NCBI GenBank assembly: GCA_009914755.4
Contig: CP068257.2
Location: 33,792,001-33,856,000, forward strand
Origin: the human T2T-CHM13v2.0 reference genome, Homo sapiens
DNA: 64,000 nt
Direction of reading: 5' to 3'
The position numbers and the translations under genes are program-made. The first letter of the stretch is position 1. Each line of letters opens with the position of its first letter. Below, one piece after another: positions 39,606 through 51,511 of this stretch. The notes beneath the pieces were generated by a model that saw only the letters and a list, made by a program, of their open reading frames with translations, searched no databases and was not told the DNA's origin.

Positions 39606-40714
39606 TTGTTTATCATCATATCATGAATATATTTATATTTTAACAGCAAATGAGACACTGGGGCTCACTGACTTTACCATTCTCATCTAACAGATGGAAG
39701 GGAAAGGTGATCTCTACAGCAGCTACCAGCAGAGCCAGGGCTAGGACTCAGCTGCTCCAATTCCCTAATTCCTAACTTGTCCTTGGCACTAGGAAGTTTC
39801 TCTCTTGAGTCCTGAGAATCAGAGAATTGATGTTCACCTTATCAAATAAGATCTTTTAAGATTATAAACTCAGCAAGAGAGGAGACTGTTTCATAGTTAG
39901 AGTCCCAATTTCCTCTTCATTCTCTTCTGCATTTGGGGGAGTGGAATGCTTTGAGATATCCCTCTAAAGCTTCAAGATACTCTCCTGGGAATGCAAGAGC
40001 TTGCCCAGGGTCATTTGATGTCAATGACACACCAATAAAAATGATGCTAAAAATAGCATTAGTTAACATTTTCCAGAATCCATATCTTCCTTATTAGACA
40101 TTAAAAATCTCTAAAAATGCAAAACTATTTTTTCTTCTGGTTGAGTAGACCCTCTCAACTCTATTCTTTCACTATTATGAGAAAAGCACACTGCTTCCCT
40201 ACACTCTCACACACAACTTCTGACACCGTATGTAAGAATAGTGTCACACTATCCACCCGGAGATAGTGCTAGATCCCAGAGCTTAAGAGCTCTGCCTCAC
40301 AGAACTGCCCCCACTTCATACGCCAATCACAAGCCCCAGGCTGTGGCCTGTGCTTTTGACCCAACAGCTATAAACTAGTAGTTCCCATGACTCCCATCCT
40401 TGGGTTTTATAATTTGGTAAGACAGCTCATAGAATGCAGGGAAATACTTCACTATGTTTACCAGTTTATTATAAAGGATAGTACAAAGGCTGTACATGAA
40501 CAGCCGGATGAAGAGGTACCAGTAGCAAGATACTGGGTTGAGAGGGGAGAGGGTGGAGCACACAGTTTTCATGACATAAAGCTTTTTCCATGAAAAAGGT
40601 AATAATATATGTGTATTGATTTCCTAGTACTACTGTAACAAATTACCACAAACCTAGTGGCTTAAAACAACACAAATGTCTCATATAATTCTTAAGGTCA
40701 GAAGTCTAAACAGG

Positions 40715-43083
40715 TGTATTAGGCCATTCTTGCGTTGTTATAAAGAAATACCTGAGGCTGGGTAATTTATAAAGAAAAGAGATTGTATTGGCTCAGGGTT
40801 CTACAGGCCGTGCAAGCATGGCACTGGTATATGCATCTGCCTGGCTTCTGGAGAGGGCTTCAGGGAGCTTTTACTCACGGCAGAAGGCAAAGCAGGAGCA
40901 GGCAAGACACGTGGCAAAAACAGGAGTAAGAGAGAGCACAGAGGTGCCATGCACTTTTAAACAAGCAGACCTCATGTGAACTCAGAGAAAATCTCACTCA
41001 TCACCGAGGGGATGGCGCTAAACCATTCATGAGGAATCTGCCCCCACGACCCAATCACCTCCCACCAGGCCCCATCACCAGCATGGGAATCACGTTCCAA
41101 CATGAGATTTGGAGGTGACAGACACTCAAACGATATCATTCAGCGCGATGGCCCCTAAAATATCATGTCCTTCTCACCTTGCAAAATACAATCATCTCTC
41201 CCAACAGTTCCCCAAAGACTTAACCCATTCTAGCCCCAATTCAAAAGTCCTAAAGTCCAAAGTCTCATCTGGAGATGAGTTTCTTCCACCCATGAGCCTG
41301 TGAAATCAAAGACAAGTTTCTTACTTTCAAGATACAATGGGGGTACAGGCATTAGGTAAACATTCTTGTTCCAAAAAAAAGAAATCAGCCAAAAGAAAGG
41401 GGCTATAGGCCAGCAGGGCAATCATTAAATCTTAAAGCTCCAAAATAATCTTCTTTGACCCCATGTCCCACATTCAGGGCACACTGGTGCAAGGGACGGG
41501 CTCCCAAGGTCTTGGGCAGCTCCACCCCTGTGGCTTTGGAGGGTGCAGCCCCTGTGGCTGCTCTCACAGGTTGTCGAGTTCCTGTAGCCTTTCCAGACCC
41601 CCACATTTCCCCTTGGCATTGCCCTAGTAGAGGTTCTCTGTGATGGCTCCACCCCTGCATCAGGCTTCTCCCTGAGCACCCAGGCTTTCACATATATCCT
41701 CTGAAATCTAGGTACAAGTTGTCAAGCATCCTTTACTCTTGCGTTCTGAGCACCTACAGGCTTAACACCATGTGGAAGCCACTAAAGCTTATGGCTTGTG
41801 CCCTCCAGAGCCATGGCCCAAGCTACACCTGGGACGCTTTGAGCCAAGGCTGCAGCCAGAGAAGTGAAGATGCAGGGATCAATTTCCTGGGTGGCTTAGG
41901 CCATTCGCGTCTCAGGCTTGGCCCACAAAACCATTCTTTCCTCCTAGGCCTCTGGACCTGTAGTGGGAGGGGCTGCCTTGTAGATCCCTAAAAAGCCTTC
42001 AGGGCCTTTTTCCAAACATCTTGGCCATCAGCACTTGGCTCCTTTTTAGTCATGCAAATCTCTCTAGTAAGTTGTTGTTCTGTGGCCCACTTGGATGCTT
42101 CCTCTAAACCTAGGCTTTTCTTTTCTACCACATGGCCAGGTTGCAAATTTTTCAAATTTTTATGTTCTGCTTCCCCTTTAAATATAAGTTCCAATCTTAA
42201 GTCATTTCTTTGCCCCTATATCTGCCAGTCCACCTCTTAAAGGCTTTATGGCTAAGAAATTTTTTCTGCCAGATACCCTAAATCATCACTCTCAAGTTCA
42301 AAGTTCCACAAATCCTTAGGACATGAACACAATGCAGGCAAGTTCTTTGCTAAAGCAGAACAAGGGTGACCTTTGCTTTAGTTCCCAGTAAGTTCCTCAT
42401 CTTCATCTAAGATCATATCAGCCTGGCCTTCACTGCTCATATCTCTATCAGCATTTTGGTCACAACAATATGACCAGTCTTTAAGAAGTTTCAAATTTTC
42501 CTCATCGTCCTGTCTTCTTCTGAGCCCTCCACACTCTTCCAACCTCTGCCTGTTACCCAGTTCCAAAGTTGCTTCCTCATCTACAGATATCTTTATAGCA
42601 ATGCCCCACTCCTTGGTTCCAATTTTCTGTATTAGGCTGTTCTTGTGTTGTTATAAAGAAATATCTGAGACTGGGTAATTTATAAAGAAAAGAAGTTTAA
42701 TTGACTCAAAGTTCTGCAGGCTGTGCAAGCATGGCACCAACATCTGCATTTGTCTGGCTTCTAATGAGGCCTCAGGGAGCTTTCACTCATGGTGGAAGGT
42801 GAAGTGGGAGCCAGTACATCACGGGAGAGTGGGAACAAAAGAGTGAGGTGGGAAGTGCCACACACTTTGGTGATAAGTGAGTTCTTGCTCAGAGTTTCAC
42901 GGAAACTCACTGAATTTGCATGAAACTCTGAGCAAGAACTCCCTTATCACCAAGGAGATGGTACCAAACGTTTCATGAAGAATCTGCCCCCAGAACCAAT
43001 TACCTTCCACCAGGTCACACCTCTAACATTAGGAATCACATTTTAACCGAGATTTGGAGGGAACAAATATCCAAACCATATCA
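40715..43083 (-). mobile_element. Full-length MaLR (MST/THE1-type) element, antisense: 3' LTR 40715-41138, internal 41139-42628, 5' LTR 42629-43083
   Basis: Both LTRs read tgtattagg...ataaagaaata(c/t)ctgag(g/a)ctgggtaatttataaagaaaag...ccaatcacctcccaccagg...acatgagatttggagg...aaac(g/c)atatca. The reverse complement of 41139-41400 matches the MaLR internal 3' end (...gatgagactttggacttt...gacttttgaattgg...gttaagtctttggggaactgttggga...). The reverse complement of 42560-42628 matches the internal 5' start (...ctaatacagaaaattggaaccaaggagtggggcattgctataaagatatctg...). Total 2369 bp. Confidence 0.85.
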
Positions 43084-44007
43084 ATGGGTCTCTAGGTTAA
43101 AAGCAAGGTGTCCAGAGGGCCATGCGCCTCCTGAAGTCTTCCATCTTCCATAGACTGCTCACTTTCCTTGGCTTCAGGCTCCTTCTACTGTCTTCAAAGC
43201 CAGCAATGGTGCCTGGAGACCTTCTTGCACTACAGCTCTCTGACCTCTCCTGCCTCCCTCTTCCACTTTTATGGACCCCTGTGATTACATTGGACCTAGC
43301 AGAATAATTTCAGATATTCTCCTTACTTTAAGGTCTGTTGATTAACAACCTTAATTCCATCTGTAACCTTCATTCTTCTCTGCCATGTGAGGTAATATGG
43401 GTTCTGGGGATTAGAATGTGGACATCTTTGGAGGAGCCATTATTCTGTTTTCCATAAGATGTAAAGTACCTGTTTAGTTCTAGTAGTTTTCTGTCATAGA
43501 GAATTTATTTTTTCAACTGAAAACACAGACAGCCTAATTAAAACTTAATTTAATGCTAATACAGCAAATGGGTTTACCACTTTGTGTTGAATTGCTTCAC
43601 CAATTCTGGGTTTCTTGAGAAAATCTTCTCTAACACCCCCATTTCACCTGGGGCTCTTTGACTCACATGGCATTTAACAACCAAGACAAAATTGGAATCT
43701 GGTGTCCTGTGAAGTGGTTTCTCCTTATCACATTCCACCATCATGAAGCCCCTTGAAGTTACTGCTCCAAAAAATAGTGACTCTCCCCTGATTCAACAGA
43801 GTGGACTGACCTACAAGGCAGTCTGCACTGGCTGATCAAAACACCCATGTACATTCCAGACAAAATTCGTGGAAAGCATAATTTTGTTTTAATGCTAGGA
43901 CAGAAAAAAATTTCATCAGCATTCAGAGTATTTGTTTAAAATTCTGACATGTATACACAAGCATTTCATCCTTTGTATAATCAAAGGCCTTCATACAATA
44001 AAACTAC

Positions 44008-44052
44008 TGGGTTGGTGCAAAAGTAATCACAGTTTTGCATCAACCTGATACA
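44008..44052. mobile_element. Internally deleted MADE1 (mariner MITE) remnant
   Basis: gggttggtgcaaaagtaatcacagttttgcatcaacctgata. Left arm of MADE1 (ggttggtgcaaaagtaattgcggtttttgc) fused to its right terminus (gcaccaacctaa). Confidence 0.5.
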
Positions 44053-44097
44053 TCTATCAAGTTTTGAAGGGAAAAGATTTTATTCAAGAATCTTGTC

Positions 44098-44394
44098 AGC
44101 CGAGCACAGTGGTTCATGCCTATAATCCCAACCCTTTTGGAGGCTGAGGCAGGTGGATTGCTTGAGCCCAGGGGTTCAAGACCAGCCTGGGCAACATGGC
44201 AAAACCCCGCCAGTACAAAAAAACACAAAAAGTAGACAGGCCTAGTGGCATACACATGTAGTCCCAGTTACTTGGGAGTCTGAGGCAGGAGAATGCTTAC
44301 CCCAGGAAGTTGAGGGTGCAGTGAGCCATGATCCTGCCACTGTACTCCAGCCTAGGTGACAGAGCAAGACTTGTCTCAAAAACAAAACAAAAAA
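44098..44394 (+). mobile_element. Alu
   Basis: agccgagcacagtggttcatgcctataatcccaacccttttggaggctgaggcaggtggattgcttgagcccaggggttcaagaccagcctgggcaacatggcaaaaccccgccag...gtgagccatgatcctgccactgtactccagcctaggtgacagagcaagacttgtctc. Confidence 0.95.
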
Positions 44395-44599
44395 TGCAAA
44401 TTCTGTGGCCCAAAAAATTGTTGTCTACATGTGAAGGGACCTGAAAGAGGTTTTGAGAAAGCACATAGGCATCCCTGGGCATATTTGTTCAGGATCTACT
44501 TCAACTTACTAAGAAAAAAACCCTACAACATAATATGATAAAATTTCTATAAGCCCACTCTAAAATCACAGGTGACACCAATGAAAACTGGGAAGTGGG

Positions 44600-47500
44600 C
44601 CTAGATATAATATGGAAACTAAAGACTACTAATCTTCTCACTTTACATAGATGCGAATCAGTATTTAGTGCTTTTATTTTTATGTAGGTAGTTTAATCAA
44701 CATTAATGTGTTTAAAATATTAATATTATTAAAAGCATTTTGATAACAAAGTATATTACTAGTAGAATTTAAAATAAAATTGCTACAGAAAAGAGCAAAG
44801 AAAACAGAGTTTATATTTTTTAAAAACTTACTAGGGAAATAGCAGGAAAAAATTTTTTTTTAATGAAATAAGATAAAGAAAGGAAGCACAATTACATCAG
44901 TAATAATAACATAAACATCTACCCTAAACTGCAAAGTAAAAGACAGCCACATGGTTTGATTTGGTTAGTTCAAGTGGTGAGTTAATCAAATTCAACCTAG
45001 TATTATTTAAAAGCCCTAACACTTAAAATAAATTGGCACATAAGTATTATTAAGTGATTAGGCAAACATGTAACAGCTAAAGGCAGGAAGAAATAAAATA
45101 AATATAAGAAGAGAAAATAGAAATTTTCATATTCTTATCAGGCAATGGAGAATTAAAAGAAAAAGCCATCTCCTGAAATGAAGAGAGTTATAGTATTTTG
45201 ATAATAAAATCCAAAAGGAAAACATGAAAGTCATAAATCTTTATGCTCCAAATAATATTGTTCAAAATATAGTAATCACAAATCATTAGAGGAATAAAGA
45301 TAAGTTAACAGTAGTGGGACCTTCCTCCATCTTTCACAGTTGAAGTATACAAATATATATACACCTGGGTGGGGCGTAGAGAAAGAAGTTCCAAATAACA
45401 ATAAGATTTATTAGGTTTACAGAAAGTTTGGTGTCTTATGAGAGAAAAGGATGATATATTTCCTATCAAGCTTACAAAGAATATTGGCAAATACTAATTA
45501 TATAGTACACTATATACTCTTATAAGCCCAAAAAATAGAAAAAAAGACAGTCCAAAATTATCACATCACAAATTATTCTCTACAAAAAAATTGCACCACA
45601 GTGGCTCAGGCCTGTAATCCCAGCACTTTGGGAGGCTGAGGTGGGTGGACCACCTGAAGTCAGGAGTTCAAGACCAGCCTGACCAACATGGAGAAACTCC
45701 ATCTCTACTAAAAATACAAAATTAGCCGGGCATGGTAGCACATGCCTGTAATCCCAGCTACTCAGGAGGCTGAGGCAGGAGAATTGCTTTAACCCAGGAG
45801 GTGGAGGTTACAGTGAGCTGAGATCATGCCATGGCACTCCAGCCTGGGGAACAACAGCAAAACTCCGTCTAAAAAAAAAACAAAAAAAAACAAAAAATAA
45901 TTGCACTAAAAATCAAGCACACCATTAAGGATTATTTTGACACTAATGAAAGTGAAAACATAATTTATAAAAACGTCTGGAATGCTGATACAGTTATATA
46001 CCAAAGCAAATTTATAGCTTGTAAGCCTTTTATCAGGACGTCAGAAAGAATGAAAATTACTAAAATAAGTGTTCAATTTTTAAAAATGGAAAAACAAGAA
46101 CAAATACAATTTAAGGAAAACAAAAAGGGGAAAATAACAGCAGAAATTAATGAATTAGAAAATAAATTAGATAAAATAAACAAATCTAAGAGTGGATTCT
46201 TTGTAGAAAAAAAATTTCTGATCAAACATTTAGCAGGCCTAATCAAATAGAAAAGAGAAAAAACATACATACATAAAACTGGGAATAACAATGAATATGA
46301 CCACAGACATAAGTAAAAATTGTGTAATATCGTATTCTGACAAATTAAAATTTTAAATTAAGCAGATGATTGGTAAAGAAAACATAAAAGATGCCAAAAA
46401 GCTTAATGAATAAATAACTAGGGAAGAAAATTTCACAATTTTCTAAAATTTCTCGTAGAGAAAGATGGAAGAATTTTCCATTTTTTTATGCCAATCTCTA
46501 CATGGATATTTGAAAAAGTGAAAAACTCCAGAAATATAAATCTATGGACCAATCTTCCTCATAATTATGAATGAAAAAATTCTAAATCAAATATTGACAA
46601 TTTAATTTGGAAATGAGTCTAAAAATATTATATCATGTTCAAGAATAATTTCCTCTAAGAATGAAAAAATTATTTACTATGGAAATTTCAAAAGAATTCA
46701 CTGCATTAGGTCAAAAGAGAAGATGCTCAAGGGTATTAATTTATTAGAGACCAAAATGTATTTGACATGTATATAGCATCTGATACTGATTTTCTCAGTC
46801 TTTTAATAAAGATAGACATCTATATGTCTTAAGATGATAAAGACCACTATTGTTCACTATTAGCCAGTGGTCTTTAATGCTAAAACACCAGAGATATCCA
46901 TATTAATATCTGAAAAATACATGATACCTTCTATAATCACTATTTTTAAAAATTGTTCTAAATGTTCTGGCATTGCAAAAATACGCTTTAGAGGCGAGTC
47001 ACAGTCCATAAATATGGTGGAAAAAGAGGCAAGTTATTAGAAAAAGAAAATTACAAAACTTAACTGAGGGATGAAAAAGAACCGCATGAAAGAAGTGACA
47101 AATTATATTTTAGAAAAGAAATATAAATATTAAAATTCTTCCCCCAAATAATTAATAGGCATAATTAATTTTGTTTAAATCCAGTAAGATTTTTGGAAAC
47201 ATGGTAATTAAACGCTAAAGTACATCTGGGAGAATGGAATACTTAATAATTGACCATTCAGTTAGAAAAGCAAGAGACAGAGCAGTTGATTTCAGAAAAT
47301 ATATGAAATTTATGAATATGTAGTATAATTATATGTAGAAGCATATATATTATAAATATTAGTTAAAATGACAAAAATGAAAACAAATTTGAAGGTGCAA
47401 TACAATACTCTAAACCTAGAATACTAGGTATAGAAATTATGGAATAACTATATAGAGATTTCAAGGCAGATGTTAAACATCATGCAGAAAAATATTATAC

Positions 47501-47650
47501 CAGTAAGTCCATGTTCACATATTTAAAATGATCCCAATCCTACAAATATATATGCACATAAACTATATATGTAATACATAAAATATATTTGTGCTGTCCC
47601 CAAAACATTTTTTACTTATAAAAAAAATGCTGCAGTGTGATACCAGCCAT
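44600..47650 (+). mobile_element. Old, highly diverged LINE-1 body (ORF2 endonuclease/RT region, sense), interrupted by the Alu at 45594-45898
   Basis: Colinear matches to L1 ORF2. 45190-45290: ...atgaaagtcataaatctttatgctccaaataatattg... resembles ...ctaactatcctaaatatatatgcacccaatacagg.... 46110-46260: cagaaattaatgaattagaaaataaattagataaaataaacaaatctaagagtggattctttgtagaaaaaaaatttctgatcaaacatttagcaggcctaatcaaatagaaaagagaaaaaac matches the L1 ...gaaattaatgaattagaaaataaa...atcaatgaaaccaaaagctggttctttgaaaagatcaacaaaattgata...ctaatcaagaaaaaaagagagaag. AT-rich ORF2-like sequence continues to about 47.6 kb. ORF-track entry 46050-46250 is the ORF2 remnant. Confidence 0.55.
45594..45898 (+). mobile_element. 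Alu nested in the old L1
   Basis: gcaccacagtggctcaggcctgtaatcccagcactttgggaggctgaggtgggtggaccacctgaagtcaggagttcaagaccagcctgaccaacatggagaaactccatctctactaaaaatacaaaattagccgggcatggtagcacatgcctgtaatcccagctactcaggaggctgaggcaggagaattgctttaacccaggaggtggaggttacagtgagctgagatcatgccatggcactccagcctggggaacaacagcaaaactccgtct, followed by an A-rich tail. Confidence 0.95.
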
Positions 47651-48239
47651 AACAATCCACATCAACGATGTGGCATTGCTATGCTGATTCTCTCTAAATG
47701 ACATGTTTTTGGATGACTATTATTTTCTTTTTGTGCTTTTCTGTATTTTTCATATTTTCTGAAAGGAATGTGTTATAATATCAGAAAAGATATTTTGTAT
47801 GAATAACACCGTACTAGTATTGTGCATAATGTTTTGCATAATTCTAATTTTTTAATCAAAGAAATCTTTGAAAATCTTATAAAATTGTTAGCACTTTCTC
47901 CAGAAAAAAGAAACGCATTATATACAAGTAAGCATCAAATTTTATATAACTTTACAGATTTTATAGACCCACTGAAGCCCATTCAAGCGTTCCAGGTGAG
48001 AAACAGACTGTGGAAAAGTTCAAAGAAATTCCTTAGGCATTATCTCAATGGAGTCTCATCAAAACTTTGTAGACAGGAATAGCTACTACTTTTGCCAATT
48101 TAAGAATGAATAAACGATGCCTCAGAGAGGTAAAGAACACACAGTTGACAGGGACAGAATTCACACCAGTGGCCACGTCCTGTTGCCTTACCACTGTGAG
48201 TTTCATGTCGTAGCACAGGGTGGTTTATTATACACGGAA

Positions 48240-48430
48240 CAGGATATTGTCAAATAACAAAACCAGACCTTGAATCCTGATTTGCCCGTGAAATTTTGAA
48301 AAACCTCCTAACTTTACCATGCCTTGGTTTCATCATCAATAAAGTAGCGATAATAACACTTGCCCTGCATATCCCCCAGAGTTGTTATGGAGATAAAATG
48401 TAGGGGGAAGCACTTGCAAACATAATTTAT
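48240..48430 (+). mobile_element. MIR SINE fragment
   Basis: aaaccagaccttgaatcctgatttgcccgtgaaattttgaaaaacctcctaactttaccatgccttggtttcatcatcaataaagtagcgataataacacttgccctgcatatcccccagagttgttatggagataaaatgtagggggaagcacttgcaaacat resembles the MIR consensus (...cctgggttcaaatcctggctctgccacttactagctgtgtgaccttgggcaagttacttaacctctctgagcctcagtttcctcatctgtaaaatggggataataatagtacctacctcatagggttgttgtgaggattaaatgagataatgcatgtaaagcacttagcac...). Confidence 0.55.
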
Positions 48431-50379
48431 CTTTATTATTATTAAAACATAAACGTGTCTATTACGCATCTATTACAACTCAGGCCAGCACTGGGGTAAG
48501 TGCTGATGGGACCTAGGTGGAGGAAGAAAAAGACAAAGCACCTTACTAAAAGGCAATTAAAATGCACCATTCTAGTTCAAAAAGTCTGTTTCCATGAGTA
48601 ATTAGCAATCTATTATGCATCTGACAATGGTTTGTTGGCTATTACATCAGTTCCATGTGCCCATCCTGTAAAGTGAATCAACACAGCAGGGAGTTCCCAG
48701 CTTTAAAAAATGTTTGCTTTCACAGGTATCTGTCTAATTTATCTCTGTGATTTAATTTTAATGATTAAAATTTTAAGTTAATTTTGAAGTCTGCTCTTTT
48801 TCCACCGCATTCACCACAGACTTGCTGAAGACTCCAGGACAATTAAGGCACATAAAAGCATAACAAAGCTCCCTCTCCCTATTTGACCCTATCAGGCTTC
48901 ATATTCTTACTGTCAGAGGTAATTCACATGCCTTGATACCCCGGATATTTTGTTTGCATAAGTAGGCTAGGTCTTTCATAAATGTGAGTGGAGTTGCAGT
49001 GTGTGAATAAGATGCTGAGCTAGTGGTCTCTGAGGTGAGAACACTTCATGCAACTCAGTTTTCTTGTCAGTAATCTGGGTATCATGAAGCCAGTTTTAAT
49101 GGGAAAAGTCTCTGTAAATTACAATGGCCCATGAAAGTGGAATAAAACATGATTTTTTGCATTTAGAACATCCCTGAGCCAGTTCCTTCCAATATCTTCT
49201 TCATCACAAATAGTCTATGACATCACCTAATGTACTTAATAGTCTGCCTCTAAAACTGAACTGAGACTCACGACCGATGTTCTTGTTTTGGGTTTTTGCT
49301 GCGGATTGCGCTCACCCATTTAGATACCCCTTGTTCACTATTCACCAGGGGATGGGCCATCTGGATCCATTATCTGTTTTATTTCTTATGTACCCCACAG
49401 AAGAGTAGTTAAAGCGAAAAACTTTATGTGCTGATCCATTCATCCTTAGTCACAACCCTTCTACAGTTGCTCCGGAGTGACGGTTATAGAGCCCGTAAGT
49501 GTGAGATCACTCCAGGCTGCTCTTCTAACCTCTAAATGGAATCAGTCCTCAGGGATGGATGGAATTTCACTGCATTTGCCCATTTCATTTGTATAATGAA
49601 ATCATTGTTTGGCCTTTCATTCTGTACTCTTGCCCTTTTTGGTCTTAAGGTGGACCATTCAGTAGCCCCTTCCTATTTCTCTACGAAAACTAAGAATCAT
49701 AAATGGACTCTCATCAAATCTCAACAATTTCATGTATTTGTAAAAATATCACATCAAATACATTCCACCTTCACAGCAGTATCTATTTGTTATATACTTG
49801 CATGTATTTATATACAAATAGAAGTGAATACGTATATAAATCTATAATGTGCGGACGTGGTAAAACTCAAACCGTCACCAGAAAAATCAATCGCTTATCA
49901 TCACTGATTGGGTCAGTCGTGTGACGATATGATCCATGTGTGATCGGGTTCAACTCCAAAGAGCAGCATGCAATGAAACATTAGCCTTCCCTGGAATCAC
50001 CTGGTGTACTTGTTAAAATAGAGACAATCATACCTCGCCCCAGAATTACAGGTGGTTTATGGAACAGAGATAAAGTTTTTAAAAAATGTATTTGTTGATT
50101 TATAGCCAAAATCTCCCCAATGTTACATGGAGGGCAACAAAAGGGAGAGTTGTTGAGTAAATTACACAATATTCATTTAATGGGAACCCCACAGTGATTA
50201 GCAAGAAGCTTATTAAACAGAAAAATGCATGTGGTATTATGATAAATAAAAAGCCAACATAATAATTGATGGATCAGAGAAAAAGGTCAGCAGTAAATCA
50301 ACATACTTGGGAAGCTTTAGTTTTGAGCAAAGATGATCATTCAAATCAGTAGGGAAATAATGTATTATCTAAGAAATAG

Positions 50380-51010
50380 TGGTGAGGCATCTAAGTAGCT
50401 ACCTAAAAAATTGTATCCCCCTTTACACTTACACCAGCACAAATTCCAGAATGAATGAAAGTAAAGCCATAAAAGCAATAAAGGAGAGCATAGAAAATAT
50501 TACAATCTCAAAATAAGAGAGTTTTCCAACACTAATATAAAACCCAAAAGACAATAAAAAATACTGATCGATCCAACAGTGTCAAGGCCTGTTTTTATAT
50601 GCTCTTTCTCCCCAAATAAACACCATAAACAAAATAAAAGGACAAAGAACATACTGGAGAAAATATTTACAACTCTTAATGTACAGGGCTAATTAATACA
50701 TGAGTCATTAAAGGTCAATATTTTTAAAATTCCATTAAAAATGGGTAAATGACAAAAAAAATATAGAAAATAAAATATGATAGCTTTTCATCATATACAA
50801 AGTTTCTCAACCTTACTTATTCTCAGAAATAGACAACAAAACTTCAGGAAGATACTATATTTCACTTTTCAGGTTAAGAAAGATCAAAAGCTTGATGACA
50901 CACTATGTTGTGGAGAAATGAGCACTGCCATTCATTGCTGGTGGGCGTGTAAACTGGTAAATCTCTAGTCAATTAAAATATAAAACGCACACACCATTTG
51001 ACCCAGCACT
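50380..51010 (+). mobile_element. Old LINE-1 (L1M-like) 3' portion of ORF2, sense
   Basis: ...ggagaaaatatttacaactcttaatgtacagggctaattaatacatgag...ccattaaaaatgggtaaatgac... matches L1 ...gggagaaaatatttgcaaatcatatatctgataagggattaatatccagaat...ccaattaaaaaatgggcaaaggac.... Also ...tgttgtggagaaatgagcactgccattcattgctggtgggcgtgtaaactggtaaatc... matches L1 ...tgttggcgaggatgtggagaaattggaaccctcatacattgctggtgggaatgtaaaatggtgcagcc.... Confidence 0.65.
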
Positions 51011-51158
51011 TCCATTTCCCATGAATTTCTCATGCAGTTGAGAATTTAAATTTTAAAGGAAAATGATAACTCTTTCTTGGTCATAGTCCTAAGGTATCAA
51101 CAAGTCACTTGTTGTTATAAACAAGTCACTTGTTTGATGTTATAAAGACATCAAAATT

Positions 51159-51511
<353 letters not shown>

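Noticed and set aside
41403-41691. Overlapping 85/88-aa minus-strand ORFs inside the MaLR internal region as a candidate intact gene
   Set aside because: MaLR internal regions carry only degenerate gag-like remnants. The ORFs are short, overlapping in different frames and Gly/Ala/Pro-biased.
49260-49950. Nuclear mitochondrial insertion (NUMT) as an explanation for the CpG-rich patch
   Set aside because: I found no resemblance to human mtDNA tRNA or rRNA sequence, and the composition (CpG-rich) is atypical for mtDNA-derived segments.
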